A program made the translations under genes and the position numbers. A stretch of DNA of 64,000 nucleotides from NCBI GenBank assembly GCA_964486295.1, contig CAZAMF010000011.1, positions 494 to 64,493 of the forward strand, given 5' to 3'. The DNA comes from an uncultured Oscillospiraceae bacterium (GTDB taxonomy: Bacteria > Bacillota > Clostridia > Peptostreptococcales > Anaerovoracaceae). Of the stretch, positions 31,381 through 42,004 are shown piece after piece (the first letter of the stretch is position 1; each line of letters starts with the position of its first letter). The notes beneath the pieces were generated by a model. It made no database searches, was not told where the DNA came from, and saw only the letters and a program-made list of their open reading frames with translations.

Positions 31381-32403
31381 ATGAAAGAAGAATTAAAAAA
31401 GATTCTGGAAGATGCAGCAAACCAGCTCGAGAAAGCGGTATCCATAGCGGATACAGAAGAAGTCCGTGTACGGATGCTGGGGAAAAAGAGCCAGCTTACC
31501 GAAATACTCAGATCAATGGGGAAACTTCCTCCTGATGAAAAAAAGGAACTGGGGCAGCAGGCCAACACTGTAAGAAGCCAAATTGAAGAGATGCTTGAAG
31601 CTAAGTTCGCCGAGGTCAGAGCAAAAGCCAGACAGGAAAAATTCAAGCTTGAAAAAATAGACGTAACAGAACCGGGTGCCACCTGCAATCTGGGCACGAA
31701 GCATCTGATTACAATCACCATTGAAGAGATCTCAAGAATTTTTATGTCTATGGGATTCTCTATAGCAGAAGGGCCGGAGGTTGAGACGGTATTCAACAAT
31801 TTTGATGCCCTCAATGCAGGCCCGAACCATCCTTCAAGGGATCTGACCGATACATTTTATATCACAGAAAACACGCTGCTCCGGACTCAGACTTCCCCGG
31901 TGCAGGTAAGGACTCTGCTGAAACAGAATCCGCCGATCAAAGTCATCTCGCCGGGAAGGTGCTTCCGCTGCGATACGCCGGATGCCACACATTCCCCGAT
32001 GTTCCATCAGATCGAAGGTCTATTGGTGGATGAGGGGATTACCATGGCAGATCTCAAAGGTTGCCTTGACATCATGGCGAAGCAACTCTTCGGGTCGAAT
32101 ACCAGAACCAAATTCAGACCGCATCACTTTCCGTTCACTGAGCCATCCGCTGAGATGGATGTGAGCTGCTTCAAGTGCGGGGGTAAGGGCTGCAGAGTCT
32201 GCAAGGGCTCCGGATGGATCGAGATCCTGGGATGCGGCATGGTGCATCCGAATGTCCTCGCTGTGGGCGGAGTGGATACGGAAAAATATACGGGATTCGC
32301 TTTCGGAATGGGTGTTGAGAGAATCGCAATGCTCAGATATGGGGTTGATGATATTCGTTTGTTCTACGAAAACGATATGCGCTTCATCAACCAGTTCAAA
32401 TAG
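31381..32403 (+). CDS. pheS: Phenylalanine--tRNA ligase alpha subunit
   Basis: 340 aa. Class II motifs FRCDTPDATHSPMFHQIEG and GFAFGMGVERIAM. Confidence 0.96.
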   Translation: MKEELKKILEDAANQLEKAVSIADTEEVRVRMLGKKSQLTEILRSMGKLPPDEKKELGQQANTVRSQIEEMLEAKFAEVRAKARQEKFKLEKIDVTEPGATCNLGTKHLITITIEEISRIFMSMGFSIAEGPEVETVFNNFDALNAGPNHPSRDLTDTFYITENTLLRTQTSPVQVRTLLKQNPPIKVISPGRCFRCDTPDATHSPMFHQIEGLLVDEGITMADLKGCLDIMAKQLFGSNTRTKFRPHHFPFTEPSAEMDVSCFKCGGKGCRVCKGSGWIEILGCGMVHPNVLAVGGVDTEKYTGFAFGMGVERIAMLRYGVDDIRLFYENDMRFINQFK

Positions 32404-32416
32404 GAGGTACCCGGAT

Positions 32417-34855
32417 ATGTTAGTTCCAATTACATGGATTAAAGATTATACAAATATAAATGTTTCTACCGATGAGTTCTGCGAAAAAATGATTATGTCC
32501 GGTTCAAACCTGGAAACCTGCGAAATCATAGGTGAGGGGATTGAAGGGATCGTAATCGGAAAAATAGAAAAGATTGAAAAGCACCCCGATGCCGACAAAC
32601 TGCTAGTCTGCCAGGTCAACGTCGGTAAAGAACGTCCGGTGCAAATCGTAACCGGCGCGTCCAATATATTTGAGGGGGCCGTGATTCCTGTTGCCCTTGA
32701 CGGATCAAAAATACCCGGGCCGCTGCATGGCCAGCCAAAACAGGAAGGCGGCGTAGTCATTAAGAGCGGCAAGCTTCGCGGAGTGGATTCAGAGGGGATG
32801 CTTTGCTCCTGCAGCGAACTGGGCTTTGAGGACAAAGTCGTTCCGACTGTCCACAAGGATGGCATATGGATACTGAACGATATTATGGAGGAACCGTCTC
32901 CGGGAACCGATTTCGCAAAAATCATGGATCTAGAGTGCGCTGTAGTCGACTTTGAAATTACTTCAAACAGACCGGATTGCCTTTCAATGATCGGAATGGC
33001 AAGGGAAGCGGCTGCAACGTTCTGCGAAGCCCTTAGATATCCGGATGTTTGTATCCAGTCAAAAGAAGGAAAAAGCAGCGATTACATTGCTGTGGACATA
33101 AGAAACGCTGAGTATTGCAAACGTTTTGTCGCAAGAGCCGTTACAAACGTCAAAGTCGGGCAGTCCCCTTGGTGGCTTCAGAAAAGACTGATGGCAGCGG
33201 GGATGCGGCCGATCAACAATATTGTCGATATCACCAATTTTGTCATGCTGGAATACGGACAGCCGATCCATGCCTATGATATCAGGGAAATACAAGGCGC
33301 GAAAATTATCGTGGATACCGCTAAGACCGGAGACACTTTTATTACTCTTGACGGAAACGAGAGAAAACTCGCCGATCAGATACTGATGATCAACGATGAG
33401 CAAAAAGCCATCGGCATTGCGGGGATTATGGGCGGTCTGGAGTCCGGAATCGTTTCGGACACAGAGACGATCATCGTCGAGGCGGCAAATTTCAATGGAG
33501 ACAATATCAGATCAAGCTCCAAAAAACTCGGCTTGCGTACGGAGGCCAGCTCCCGGTTTGAAAAAGGAATCGACCCGAACCTTTGCGGCGAAGCAGCTGC
33601 AAGAGTTTGCAGGCTGATTGAAATCCTTGGTGCGGGCACAGTGATGGCCGAGGCGGTAGATCTCTATCCGGAGGTTGAATTGCCGAAGTCTTGTGATGTC
33701 AGAGTCAGCAGAATCAACAGCATGCTGGGGATCACCCTGAACCGGGATGAAATGATCGATATTTTTGAACGTCTGGAAATGAAGGCCGCCGGTGAAGGCG
33801 ATGTTCTTACAGTCATACCGCCGACAGTCCGTCAGGATATGCTGACTGAAGTGGACTATGTTGAAGAAATCGCCAGAATATATGGTTATGACAAATTACC
33901 GACAACGGTACCGAAAGGCAATCTTGCCAGCTCCAAAACCTACGAAAGAAGCATCAGGGATCTGGCTCGGGACACTTTGTGCGCCCTGGGCTGCAACGAG
34001 ATACAGACGTATAGTTTTGTAAGCCCTAAAGGCGTGGATCTGATCGGCATAGATGAAGATTCCTGGGAAAGAAGCTTTGTGAGGCTCATCAATCCGTTAG
34101 GCGAAGAAAACTCGGTGATGAGGACCATCTTAACGCCTAACATGATGGAAGTTCTGGCCAGGAATTATACCAGAAATATTGAAAACGTACGCGCATTTGA
34201 AATCGGGAATACATTCCTCGCCAATGAAATGAATGAAGACGGGCTGCCTGATGAACAGGACTCACTGGCTATCGGGCTTTATGGCAAAGAGGAAACGTTC
34301 TTTACCTTGAAAGGCACTATTATCGAATTCCTGAAAAAACTCGGCATTTCAGATCTGACCTTTGCTGCGGAGAGCGAGTATAAGGTGTACCATCCGGGAC
34401 GCTGCGCAAGAATCCTATGCGGAGAAATCGAATTGGGCATTATGGGTGAGGTTCACCCTGAAGTCACAGAACGATTCGGAATAGCTACGCGGGTCTATAA
34501 CTGCGAAATCATGTTTGATAAAGTGATCAAACAGGCCAACATCAATAAGGCTTACACGCCTCTTGCCAAATATCCATCAACATCAAGAGACATCGCGCTC
34601 CTCGTTACGGAAGAGGAACAGGTTGGTACACTGGAGTCCATTATCAGGGACAGCGGTACGGAGCTGCTTGAAAAAGTTGAATTGTTCGATGTATACAGAG
34701 GCACGCAGGTGGAAGCGGGAATGAAGTCCTGTGCATTTAATCTGGTTTACAGAGCGAAAGACAGAACCCTTACCGATGAAGAAGTGAACGAGATCCATGG
34801 CAAAGTGCTGGCAGCACTCAGGGAAAAGGCCGGCGCAGTGCTGAGAGAGATATAA
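32417..34855 (+). CDS. pheT: Phenylalanine--tRNA ligase beta subunit
   Basis: Start at ATG 32417 (MLVPITWIKDY) behind AGGAGG. tRNA-binding, B3/4, B5 and FDX-ACB regions are recognisable. The track start at 32252 overlaps pheS. Confidence 0.95.
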   Translation: MLVPITWIKDYTNINVSTDEFCEKMIMSGSNLETCEIIGEGIEGIVIGKIEKIEKHPDADKLLVCQVNVGKERPVQIVTGASNIFEGAVIPVALDGSKIPGPLHGQPKQEGGVVIKSGKLRGVDSEGMLCSCSELGFEDKVVPTVHKDGIWILNDIMEEPSPGTDFAKIMDLECAVVDFEITSNRPDCLSMIGMAREAAATFCEALRYPDVCIQSKEGKSSDYIAVDIRNAEYCKRFVARAVTNVKVGQSPWWLQKRLMAAGMRPINNIVDITNFVMLEYGQPIHAYDIREIQGAKIIVDTAKTGDTFITLDGNERKLADQILMINDEQKAIGIAGIMGGLESGIVSDTETIIVEAANFNGDNIRSSSKKLGLRTEASSRFEKGIDPNLCGEAAARVCRLIEILGAGTVMAEAVDLYPEVELPKSCDVRVSRINSMLGITLNRDEMIDIFERLEMKAAGEGDVLTVIPPTVRQDMLTEVDYVEEIARIYGYDKLPTTVPKGNLASSKTYERSIRDLARDTLCALGCNEIQTYSFVSPKGVDLIGIDEDSWERSFVRLINPLGEENSVMRTILTPNMMEVLARNYTRNIENVRAFEIGNTFLANEMNEDGLPDEQDSLAIGLYGKEETFFTLKGTIIEFLKKLGISDLTFAAESEYKVYHPGRCARILCGEIELGIMGEVHPEVTERFGIATRVYNCEIMFDKVIKQANINKAYTPLAKYPSTSRDIALLVTEEEQVGTLESIIRDSGTELLEKVELFDVYRGTQVEAGMKSCAFNLVYRAKDRTLTDEEVNEIHGKVLAALREKAGAVLREI

Positions 34856-34887
34856 TTATTTTCTGTCAGGATGAAGAAAGGGTAGTT

Positions 34888-35442
34888 ATGGACATGAACA
34901 AAGTAAGTGTAAAAATCTACGGGCAGGATTATATTATAGCCGGAGAAAAGTCCAGGGATCATATCATAAAAGTCGCAGATTATGTGAGTACAAGGATGTA
35001 TGAAGTTGCCGCGGCGATGCAGGGTGCACCCCTGTCATCGCTGGCGGTTCTTTCCGCGGTGAATGTCGCGGATGACTACTTTGACGCTTTAGAGGAAGCC
35101 AACCGCCTGAAGATGCTGAATACGCAGCTGGAGAAGGACGCGGAGCATTATGTCCAACTGTGGGAAGAGTCGAAGAGAACCTTTCTGGAGTACAAAAAGG
35201 ATGGCCAACTGCTGATCCAACAAAAAAACGAGATGACCAAAACCATTGAACAACAGTCGGATGAGATCCGAAGGCTCAGAAATCAATCCGAAGATCTGGA
35301 GGCCAAAACAACCATCGCTGCGCAGGAGACCATCAACGAGCTTGAAAGCAAGTGCAGAGAGCTGGAAAACAGTTTCTTTGACATCCAGATGGAAAATATC
35401 AGGCTCAAGAGCGAGCTGGACAGGATGAGGAAGGGCGAGTAA
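34888..35442 (+). CDS. zapA: ZapA-like cell division protein with long C-terminal coiled coil
   Basis: N-terminal VKIYGQDYIIAGEKSRDHIIKVADYV matches the ZapA fold signature. About 100 aa of heptad-rich tail follow. Confidence 0.75.
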   Translation: MDMNKVSVKIYGQDYIIAGEKSRDHIIKVADYVSTRMYEVAAAMQGAPLSSLAVLSAVNVADDYFDALEEANRLKMLNTQLEKDAEHYVQLWEESKRTFLEYKKDGQLLIQQKNEMTKTIEQQSDEIRRLRNQSEDLEAKTTIAAQETINELESKCRELENSFFDIQMENIRLKSELDRMRKGE

Positions 35443-35446
35443 AGGC

Positions 35447-37825
35447 ATGGACCAAAAGGCCAAGCGTGTCCTCGAATATAATAAAATAATCGAACTGTTG
35501 AGGAAGCAGGCGGGCTCCGGCCTGACTCAAGACCGAATTGAAAACCTGGAGCCTGAAACTGATCCAAGAGTTGTTAAAGATTTACTGGCAGAAACCACGG
35601 AAGCGGTTTCTGTTATTGTGCATAAAGGGCCATTGCCGCTGGGGAATTTTTACGATATAAAAAATCACCTGGAACTGGCTAATAAAGGCGGAACCCTGAA
35701 TATGCGGCAGCTTTTGCAGGTGCTGTACAATATCAATACAGCCAGGAACGTCATATCTTTTCTTAAAAGCGATTTACCTGAACTTCCCATTATCAGAGGA
35801 CTGTCTGATTTGCTGGTGGCACCGAAAGATCTGTCCGAAGAAATCGATCGTTGTATTCTGAGCGAAGACGAAATGTCGGACAATGCTTCAAACGAATTAA
35901 GAAATATCAGAAGAAGCATATCGAGACAAAACGAAGCCATACGAACCAAAATGAATCAGATACTGAATTCCGCCGACAACAAGGTTTATCTGCAGGATGC
36001 TATCGTGACCATGAGGCAGGGCCGCTATGTAATACCGGTGAAGTCAGAACACAAGAACAGATTCCCGGGGATCGTACATGATCAATCGGCCAGTGGTTCC
36101 ACGTTATTTATTGAACCGCAGGTCATCGTGAACCTGAACAACGAACTCAGAGAGTTGGAGCTGGCGGAAAAAGCAGAAATCGAACGGATCCTCAGCGAAC
36201 TAACCGCGCAGGTCGCTTTGCGATATCATGAACTGAGTAATAATCAGGAGCTTTTGGTGCAGCTTGATTTTATTTTTGCCAAAGGGAAGCTTTCATACTC
36301 GATGGATGGTGTAGAAGCCATCGTTTCGGATAACAATATTTTGGAACTGTTGGGGGCGAGACATCCGCTGATCGATCCGAAAAAGGTAGTGCCCATCAAC
36401 GTATCCATCGGACGGGGCTATAAGACGCTGGTCATTACCGGCCCCAATACAGGGGGAAAGACGGTTACCCTTAAAACCATCGGCTTATTGACGATGATGA
36501 CGCAAACAGGGCTTCATGTGCCTTGTGTGAGCGGTACACGGATGCCCGTGTTTAAAAAAATATTTGCCGATATCGGAGACGAGCAAAGCATCGAACAGAG
36601 CCTTTCGACTTTTTCATCACATATGACTAATATCGTCAATATCGTTACTCACAGCGACAGTCAGACACTGGCCCTTTTGGATGAGTTGGGAGCCGGAACG
36701 GATCCCACCGAAGGCGCGGCGCTGGCCATTGCGATTCTGAGAAATCTCGATGCAAAAAACGTTACGACTGTGGCTACGACTCATTACACCGAGCTGAAAA
36801 AATATGCCATCTCCACAGCCGGCGTTGAGAATGCTTCCATGGAGTTCAATGTGGAAACACTGAGCCCGACATATAAGCTTTCCATCGGAATACCTGGAAA
36901 ATCCAATGCTTTTGAGATCTCTAAAAAGCTGGGCCTGCCCGGGGACATTATTGATCAGGCCCGGGAACTGCTGGACTCCGATGCGCTGCAATTTGAAGAA
37001 GTGATTTCCGCCATCGTGGAAGACAAGAAATTGGCAGAAGAGATGAAGGACGAAGCTCTTTTCATCAACCTTTCCATGAAAAAGCAGCAAGAGGTCCTTA
37101 AAGAGCAGGAACGAAAGCTGGCCAATCAAAAAGATAAAATCATCGCCGAAGCAAAAGAAGAAGCAAGGCGAATCATCGGAGAAGCGAAGTCCGAATCCGA
37201 TGAGATCGCCAGGGAATTGAAAGAACTGGCGAAAATGGACAGCCTCGGCGAGCGCACCAAAAAATTCGATGAAACAAAAAAGAAAATCAAATCGGCAGAT
37301 TCCAGATACAGGGATAAATTGATCGTAGAAGAAAACACAAATCCGATGAATCCGGGAGATTTGAAAATCGGAGACCGTGTCCGGCTGCTGTCGTTGAATC
37401 AGATGGGAGAGGTCATCGGGCTTCCGGATGACAAAGGTGAGGTTTCAGTCCTGGTCGGCCTGCTCAAGATCACGTCGAAGCTTTCAGACATCGTCCCTGT
37501 GGACGTCCCGCAGAAGAAAAAGACCAAGGTCTCTTACAGCAAATACGGATCGCTGTTCAGCAGCAAGGCTAAATTTTGCCCCATCAGCATCAATGTCCAG
37601 GGGAAGATCCTGGATGACGCAGTGATGGATGTGGACAAATATCTCGATGATGCATATATTGCAGGCCTGAAGCAGGTTACTGTAATACACGGAAGAGGCG
37701 AAGGCATCTTGCGGAAAGGGCTGCATGATTTTCTGAGAACCCATAAGCATGTGGATTCTTTCCGAAAAGGCAGCTATAACGAAGGAGGAGACGGTGTCAC
37801 CATCGTTAAAATAAAAGAAAAGTGA
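35447..37825 (+). CDS. mutS2: Endonuclease MutS2
   Basis: 792 aa. Walker A GPNTGGKT, DELGAGTDP, and C-terminal Smr domain VIHGRGEGILR. Confidence 0.96.
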   Translation: MDQKAKRVLEYNKIIELLRKQAGSGLTQDRIENLEPETDPRVVKDLLAETTEAVSVIVHKGPLPLGNFYDIKNHLELANKGGTLNMRQLLQVLYNINTARNVISFLKSDLPELPIIRGLSDLLVAPKDLSEEIDRCILSEDEMSDNASNELRNIRRSISRQNEAIRTKMNQILNSADNKVYLQDAIVTMRQGRYVIPVKSEHKNRFPGIVHDQSASGSTLFIEPQVIVNLNNELRELELAEKAEIERILSELTAQVALRYHELSNNQELLVQLDFIFAKGKLSYSMDGVEAIVSDNNILELLGARHPLIDPKKVVPINVSIGRGYKTLVITGPNTGGKTVTLKTIGLLTMMTQTGLHVPCVSGTRMPVFKKIFADIGDEQSIEQSLSTFSSHMTNIVNIVTHSDSQTLALLDELGAGTDPTEGAALAIAILRNLDAKNVTTVATTHYTELKKYAISTAGVENASMEFNVETLSPTYKLSIGIPGKSNAFEISKKLGLPGDIIDQARELLDSDALQFEEVISAIVEDKKLAEEMKDEALFINLSMKKQQEVLKEQERKLANQKDKIIAEAKEEARRIIGEAKSESDEIARELKELAKMDSLGERTKKFDETKKKIKSADSRYRDKLIVEENTNPMNPGDLKIGDRVRLLSLNQMGEVIGLPDDKGEVSVLVGLLKITSKLSDIVPVDVPQKKKTKVSYSKYGSLFSSKAKFCPISINVQGKILDDAVMDVDKYLDDAYIAGLKQVTVIHGRGEGILRKGLHDFLRTHKHVDSFRKGSYNEGGDGVTIVKIKEK

Positions 37826-37869
37826 GTGACAGAAGCGCAAATATAACCATGGAGAACGGAGATAAAAGA

Positions 37870-39591
37870 ATGATTAGTTATAAAAATGAGATCGCGAAGC
37901 TTTTAAACGGGCTGATCGACGGGATGGAATATGAAGAGATTTTATCCATTATCGAAATACCAACGGATGAAAAAATGGGGGACTATGCATTCCCGTGCTT
38001 TAAGTTGGCTAAAATTTTAAGAAAGGCGCCTCCCGCCATTGCCCAGGATCTGGCCGTACAGCTTACCGGCAATCAGTTTTTTAGAAAAGTCGAAAGCATC
38101 AATGCCTATCTGAATATGTCCATCAACCGCGAAGAATTTGGCCTGACTGTTGTTGATGAAGTGATGAAATGCCAAGAAAAATATGGGCATTCGGATATTG
38201 GCCAGAACAGAAAAGTGATCGTCGAGTTTTCCTCTCCGAATATTGCGAAGCCGTTCCATATCGGCCATATCAGGAGCACAGTGATCGGAAACTCAATTTA
38301 TAAAATATATGATTGTCTGGGTTATGACACCGTCAGGATCAACCATCTGGGGGATTACGGAACACAATTCGGGAAAATGATCGTGGCTTACCGGCACTGG
38401 GGGAACAAGGAAGACGTCATCAATGCGCCGATAGAAACCCTGCTTTCATATTATGTCAAATTCCATGAAGAAGCCGAAAAAAATCCGGAGCTGGAGAATG
38501 AGGCAAGAGCAGCATTTTCGGCATTGGAAAACGGCGCTCCTGACGAACAGGAACTCTGGAAGTGGTTCCGAGAAGAGAGCCTCAAGGAATTCAGCCGGGT
38601 CTACAAGCTTCTGGATATTGAGTTTGATTCATATGCGGGGGAAAGCTTCTACTCTGATAAAATGACCCGCTTTGTCAAGGAACTGGACGAGAAAGGACTG
38701 TTAAAGGAATCCAATGGCGCGCGCATCGTTGAACTTGAGCAGTATGGTTTGCCGCCGGCGCTGATCACCAAAAGCGATGGCTCCACACTGTATATCACCA
38801 GAGATATCGCTGCGGCAGTTTACAGAAAAGAACACTATGATTTCTACAAGAATCTTTACATCGTAGGGAACCAGCAGATCCTGCATTTCCAGCAATGGAT
38901 CAAGATTGTAGAGCTGCTGGGCTACGAGTGGGCCAAAGACTGTGTCCACATACCTTTCGGGCTTGTAAGCCTTGAAGATGGCGATGCTCTCTCCACAAGA
39001 AAGGGAAAGGTGGTTTTCCTGGAAGACGTTCTGAAAAAGGCGGTGGAGAAAACCAGGGAAATCATTATAGAAAAAAATGTGAATACCGATAATATCGACG
39101 AGACCGCCGCACAGGTTGGAATCGGCGCGATCATATTCAACGAATTATCAAACAGCCGGGAAAAGGATTATGTTTTCTCCTGGGATAAGGTACTGACTTT
39201 CGACGGCGAGACCGGGCCTTATGTGCAGTATACTCACGCAAGAGCCTGCAGTATTATGAGAAACGCCGGAGAGAACGCAGTGAAAAAGGCTATGGACATT
39301 AAAAATGTCAAGCCAGAATACATTATCAGTGAGAATGCGTTCAGACTGGCCAGACTGATCTACGCATATCCGGAGGCTGTGATCGAAGCTGGTGAAAGAT
39401 ATGAACCGAGTTTTGTCGCACGCCACATCGTGGATGTCGCCCAGGCATTCAACAGGCTCTACCACGATGAGCACATACTGGTAGAAAATGAAGAAGAAAA
39501 GATTTCGAAACTGGCCCTGATCATCGCAGCGAAAACCGTTATCCAAAATGGTCTGGGATTGTTAGGAGTACATGCACCGGAGAAAATGTAA
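37870..39591 (+). CDS. argS: Arginine--tRNA ligase
   Basis: HIGH-type motif PFHIGHIRS and anticodon-binding C-terminus. Start at ATG 37870 (MISYKNEI), 6 nt after GGAGA. Confidence 0.94.
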   Translation: MISYKNEIAKLLNGLIDGMEYEEILSIIEIPTDEKMGDYAFPCFKLAKILRKAPPAIAQDLAVQLTGNQFFRKVESINAYLNMSINREEFGLTVVDEVMKCQEKYGHSDIGQNRKVIVEFSSPNIAKPFHIGHIRSTVIGNSIYKIYDCLGYDTVRINHLGDYGTQFGKMIVAYRHWGNKEDVINAPIETLLSYYVKFHEEAEKNPELENEARAAFSALENGAPDEQELWKWFREESLKEFSRVYKLLDIEFDSYAGESFYSDKMTRFVKELDEKGLLKESNGARIVELEQYGLPPALITKSDGSTLYITRDIAAAVYRKEHYDFYKNLYIVGNQQILHFQQWIKIVELLGYEWAKDCVHIPFGLVSLEDGDALSTRKGKVVFLEDVLKKAVEKTREIIIEKNVNTDNIDETAAQVGIGAIIFNELSNSREKDYVFSWDKVLTFDGETGPYVQYTHARACSIMRNAGENAVKKAMDIKNVKPEYIISENAFRLARLIYAYPEAVIEAGERYEPSFVARHIVDVAQAFNRLYHDEHILVENEEEKISKLALIIAAKTVIQNGLGLLGVHAPEKM

Positions 39592-40464
39592 ATGAGATAC
39601 GAAGGAAATATATACAGGCCGCCCAGCGAGGCTTACAGCCTGATCGTACAGGTAACCATAGGATGTGCGCATAATAAATGCACATTCTGCAGTATGTTCA
39701 AAGACAAGAAGTTCAGAGTCAGAAATGTGGAAGAGGTCATCGAAGATCTTAAATCAGCCCGAAGCTATTATCGAAACGTAGATAGGATCTTTCTGGCGGA
39801 CGGCGATGCGCTTTGCCTCTCAAACTCAAAGCTTCTAAAGATTTTGGAAGTGATCCGGGAATTGTTTCCGGAATGTGAACGAGTATCCGTATACGGTTCG
39901 CCGCAGGATGTCCTCAATAAGACTGAGGAGGAATTACGCGAACTTGCGAAAGCCGGAGTAGGCATCGTTTACATTGGAGCCGAATCGGGAAGCGACAAGG
40001 TGCTGGAAAAAATATGCAAAGGCGCTACCAGGCAAGAGATCATTACTGCGGTTAAAAGACTGGAAGTGTCCGGCATCAAGGCATCTGTGACTTTCATATC
40101 GGGTATTGCGGGTCCGGAAGGCTGGAGGGAGCATGCTATAGAGACCGGAACGATGATCAGCGAAATGGAGCCGTCTTATGTAGGCTTGCTGACACTCATG
40201 CTTGAACCGGGCGCTCCGATGACTCAAGACGTTAAGGAAGGCAGATTTGAAATACTAACTCCAGAAGAAGTGGTGGCGGAGACGCTGCTGATGCTGGAAA
40301 ATATTAATGTTAAAAAACCGTGCGTTTTCAGAAGCAACCACGCTTCCAACTACATTTCTTTAAGAGGCGAACTACCGAAAGATAAAGAAAAAATGATCAA
40401 TCAGCTCCGTACCGCACTGGATAACACCCGACTATTAAAAGATGAAAGATTCAGGATGCTATAA
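39592..40464 (+). CDS. Radical SAM protein, function unknown
   Basis: 290 aa with CxxxCxxC cluster motif GCAHNKCTFCSM. Starts the base after the argS stop. Confidence 0.8.
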   Translation: MRYEGNIYRPPSEAYSLIVQVTIGCAHNKCTFCSMFKDKKFRVRNVEEVIEDLKSARSYYRNVDRIFLADGDALCLSNSKLLKILEVIRELFPECERVSVYGSPQDVLNKTEEELRELAKAGVGIVYIGAESGSDKVLEKICKGATRQEIITAVKRLEVSGIKASVTFISGIAGPEGWREHAIETGTMISEMEPSYVGLLTLMLEPGAPMTQDVKEGRFEILTPEEVVAETLLMLENINVKKPCVFRSNHASNYISLRGELPKDKEKMINQLRTALDNTRLLKDERFRML

Positions 40465-40469
40465 AGGGT

Positions 40470-41996
40470 ATGAAAGTATTGCTCACAACGCTTAATTCAA
40501 AATATGTGCATTCATCGCTGGCACTCCGGTGCCTCTATTCTGCTGCAGCAGAAAATCTTCAGAATTACGATATCAAGATCGACATCAAAGAATTTACAAT
40601 CAACAACGATGATGATTTCATTTTAAATGAACTGATCTATTTTGATTATGAAGTGATCTGCTTTTCAATCAATATATGGAACGCAGACAGGATCGCCGGC
40701 ATAACCGAAGTTCTGAAGAAAGCATTGCCAAATGTCAAATTGCTGGCCGGCGGACCGGAAGTCAGCAATGATCCCGTTGCTTTCATGAAGGAAAACCGGC
40801 ACATCGATTTTCTGATCGTCGGGGAAGGCGAGTATGCGTTTACCGCGCTATGCAGCCAGGGCTTTGCCGGCCCGGAGCTGTCCGCTATCGGAGGGCTTAT
40901 TTACAGAAACAGAGCGGATGGCAAAATCTATGTAAATCCGCCGGGGGAGATTCTGAAAATGGAGTCTTTACCCTTCCCGTACCGATATCTTCCTTTTGAA
41001 AAAGACAAGACGATCTACTATGAAAGCAGCAGAGGATGCCCGTTCAACTGCAGCTATTGTATGTCCTCTATCGAAAAATCCATCCGGGGACTTCCGGTGG
41101 AAAGGGTAAAAGAAGATCTGAATCAATTTATCAGCGCTAATGTTGAGCAGGTCAAGTTTGTCGACAGGACTTTCAATTGGGATCGGGAAAGATGCCATGA
41201 ACTATGGCAGCATCTCATCGAAAATGACAATGGAATTACCAACTGGCATTTTGAAATCTGCGCGGAACTGTTAGACCGGCAACTGATAGACTTGCTGAAT
41301 GGAGCCAGAAAAGGGCTTTTTCAAATCGAAGCCGGTATCCAAAGCACAAATGCTAAAACGCTGGCTGCAGTGAACCGAAGTACCGATATCGAACCGGTTT
41401 TTGAAAACCTGAAGGAAATCGTAGCCGTGGGTAATACGCATGTTCATGTTGATCTGATTGTCGGACTCCCCTTTGAGGGCTATAGTGCGTTCAAGGACTC
41501 ATTTAACAAAGTATTTGATATACATGCAGATCACTTGCAGCTGGGCTTTTTAAAACTGTTAAAGGGCACCGCTCTGCGTAACGATGCGGATAAATACGGA
41601 TATGTATTCAGAAAAAATCCGCCTTATCATATCATCAGCAACGATTTCATCTCAGCTCGGGATATCATCCGATTGAAACAGGTCGAAACCGTTTTGAACC
41701 TCTTTTCAAACAGAGGTGGCTTTGAAAACACCGTCGATTATTTCATATCACTGAATACCAGCGCTTTTGACTATTTCGAGGAAATGGCTCTTTACTATTA
41801 CTTAAAAGGCTATCACCAGAAGTCGCACAAGAAAGAAGATCTGTACAGAATACTGAGACAGTATGCGTATTGGAAGGACAGGTCATGCGAAGGTGCATTC
41901 AATAAGGCCACCGAACTGCTTTATATGGATATGGAAAATACGCTGAACCCTGACGCAATAAAAAAATTCAACAAAAAAGGCTGGAAAATAGAATAG
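40470..41996 (+). CDS. B12-binding-domain radical SAM protein (DUF4080-type C-terminus), function unknown
   Basis: 508 aa. N-terminal Rossmann-like B12-binding-type domain, cluster motif RGCPFNCSYCMS, long helical C-terminal domain. Confidence 0.8.
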   Translation: MKVLLTTLNSKYVHSSLALRCLYSAAAENLQNYDIKIDIKEFTINNDDDFILNELIYFDYEVICFSINIWNADRIAGITEVLKKALPNVKLLAGGPEVSNDPVAFMKENRHIDFLIVGEGEYAFTALCSQGFAGPELSAIGGLIYRNRADGKIYVNPPGEILKMESLPFPYRYLPFEKDKTIYYESSRGCPFNCSYCMSSIEKSIRGLPVERVKEDLNQFISANVEQVKFVDRTFNWDRERCHELWQHLIENDNGITNWHFEICAELLDRQLIDLLNGARKGLFQIEAGIQSTNAKTLAAVNRSTDIEPVFENLKEIVAVGNTHVHVDLIVGLPFEGYSAFKDSFNKVFDIHADHLQLGFLKLLKGTALRNDADKYGYVFRKNPPYHIISNDFISARDIIRLKQVETVLNLFSNRGGFENTVDYFISLNTSAFDYFEEMALYYYLKGYHQKSHKKEDLYRILRQYAYWKDRSCEGAFNKATELLYMDMENTLNPDAIKKFNKKGWKIE

Positions 41997-42004
41997 GTGA
42001 TCAG

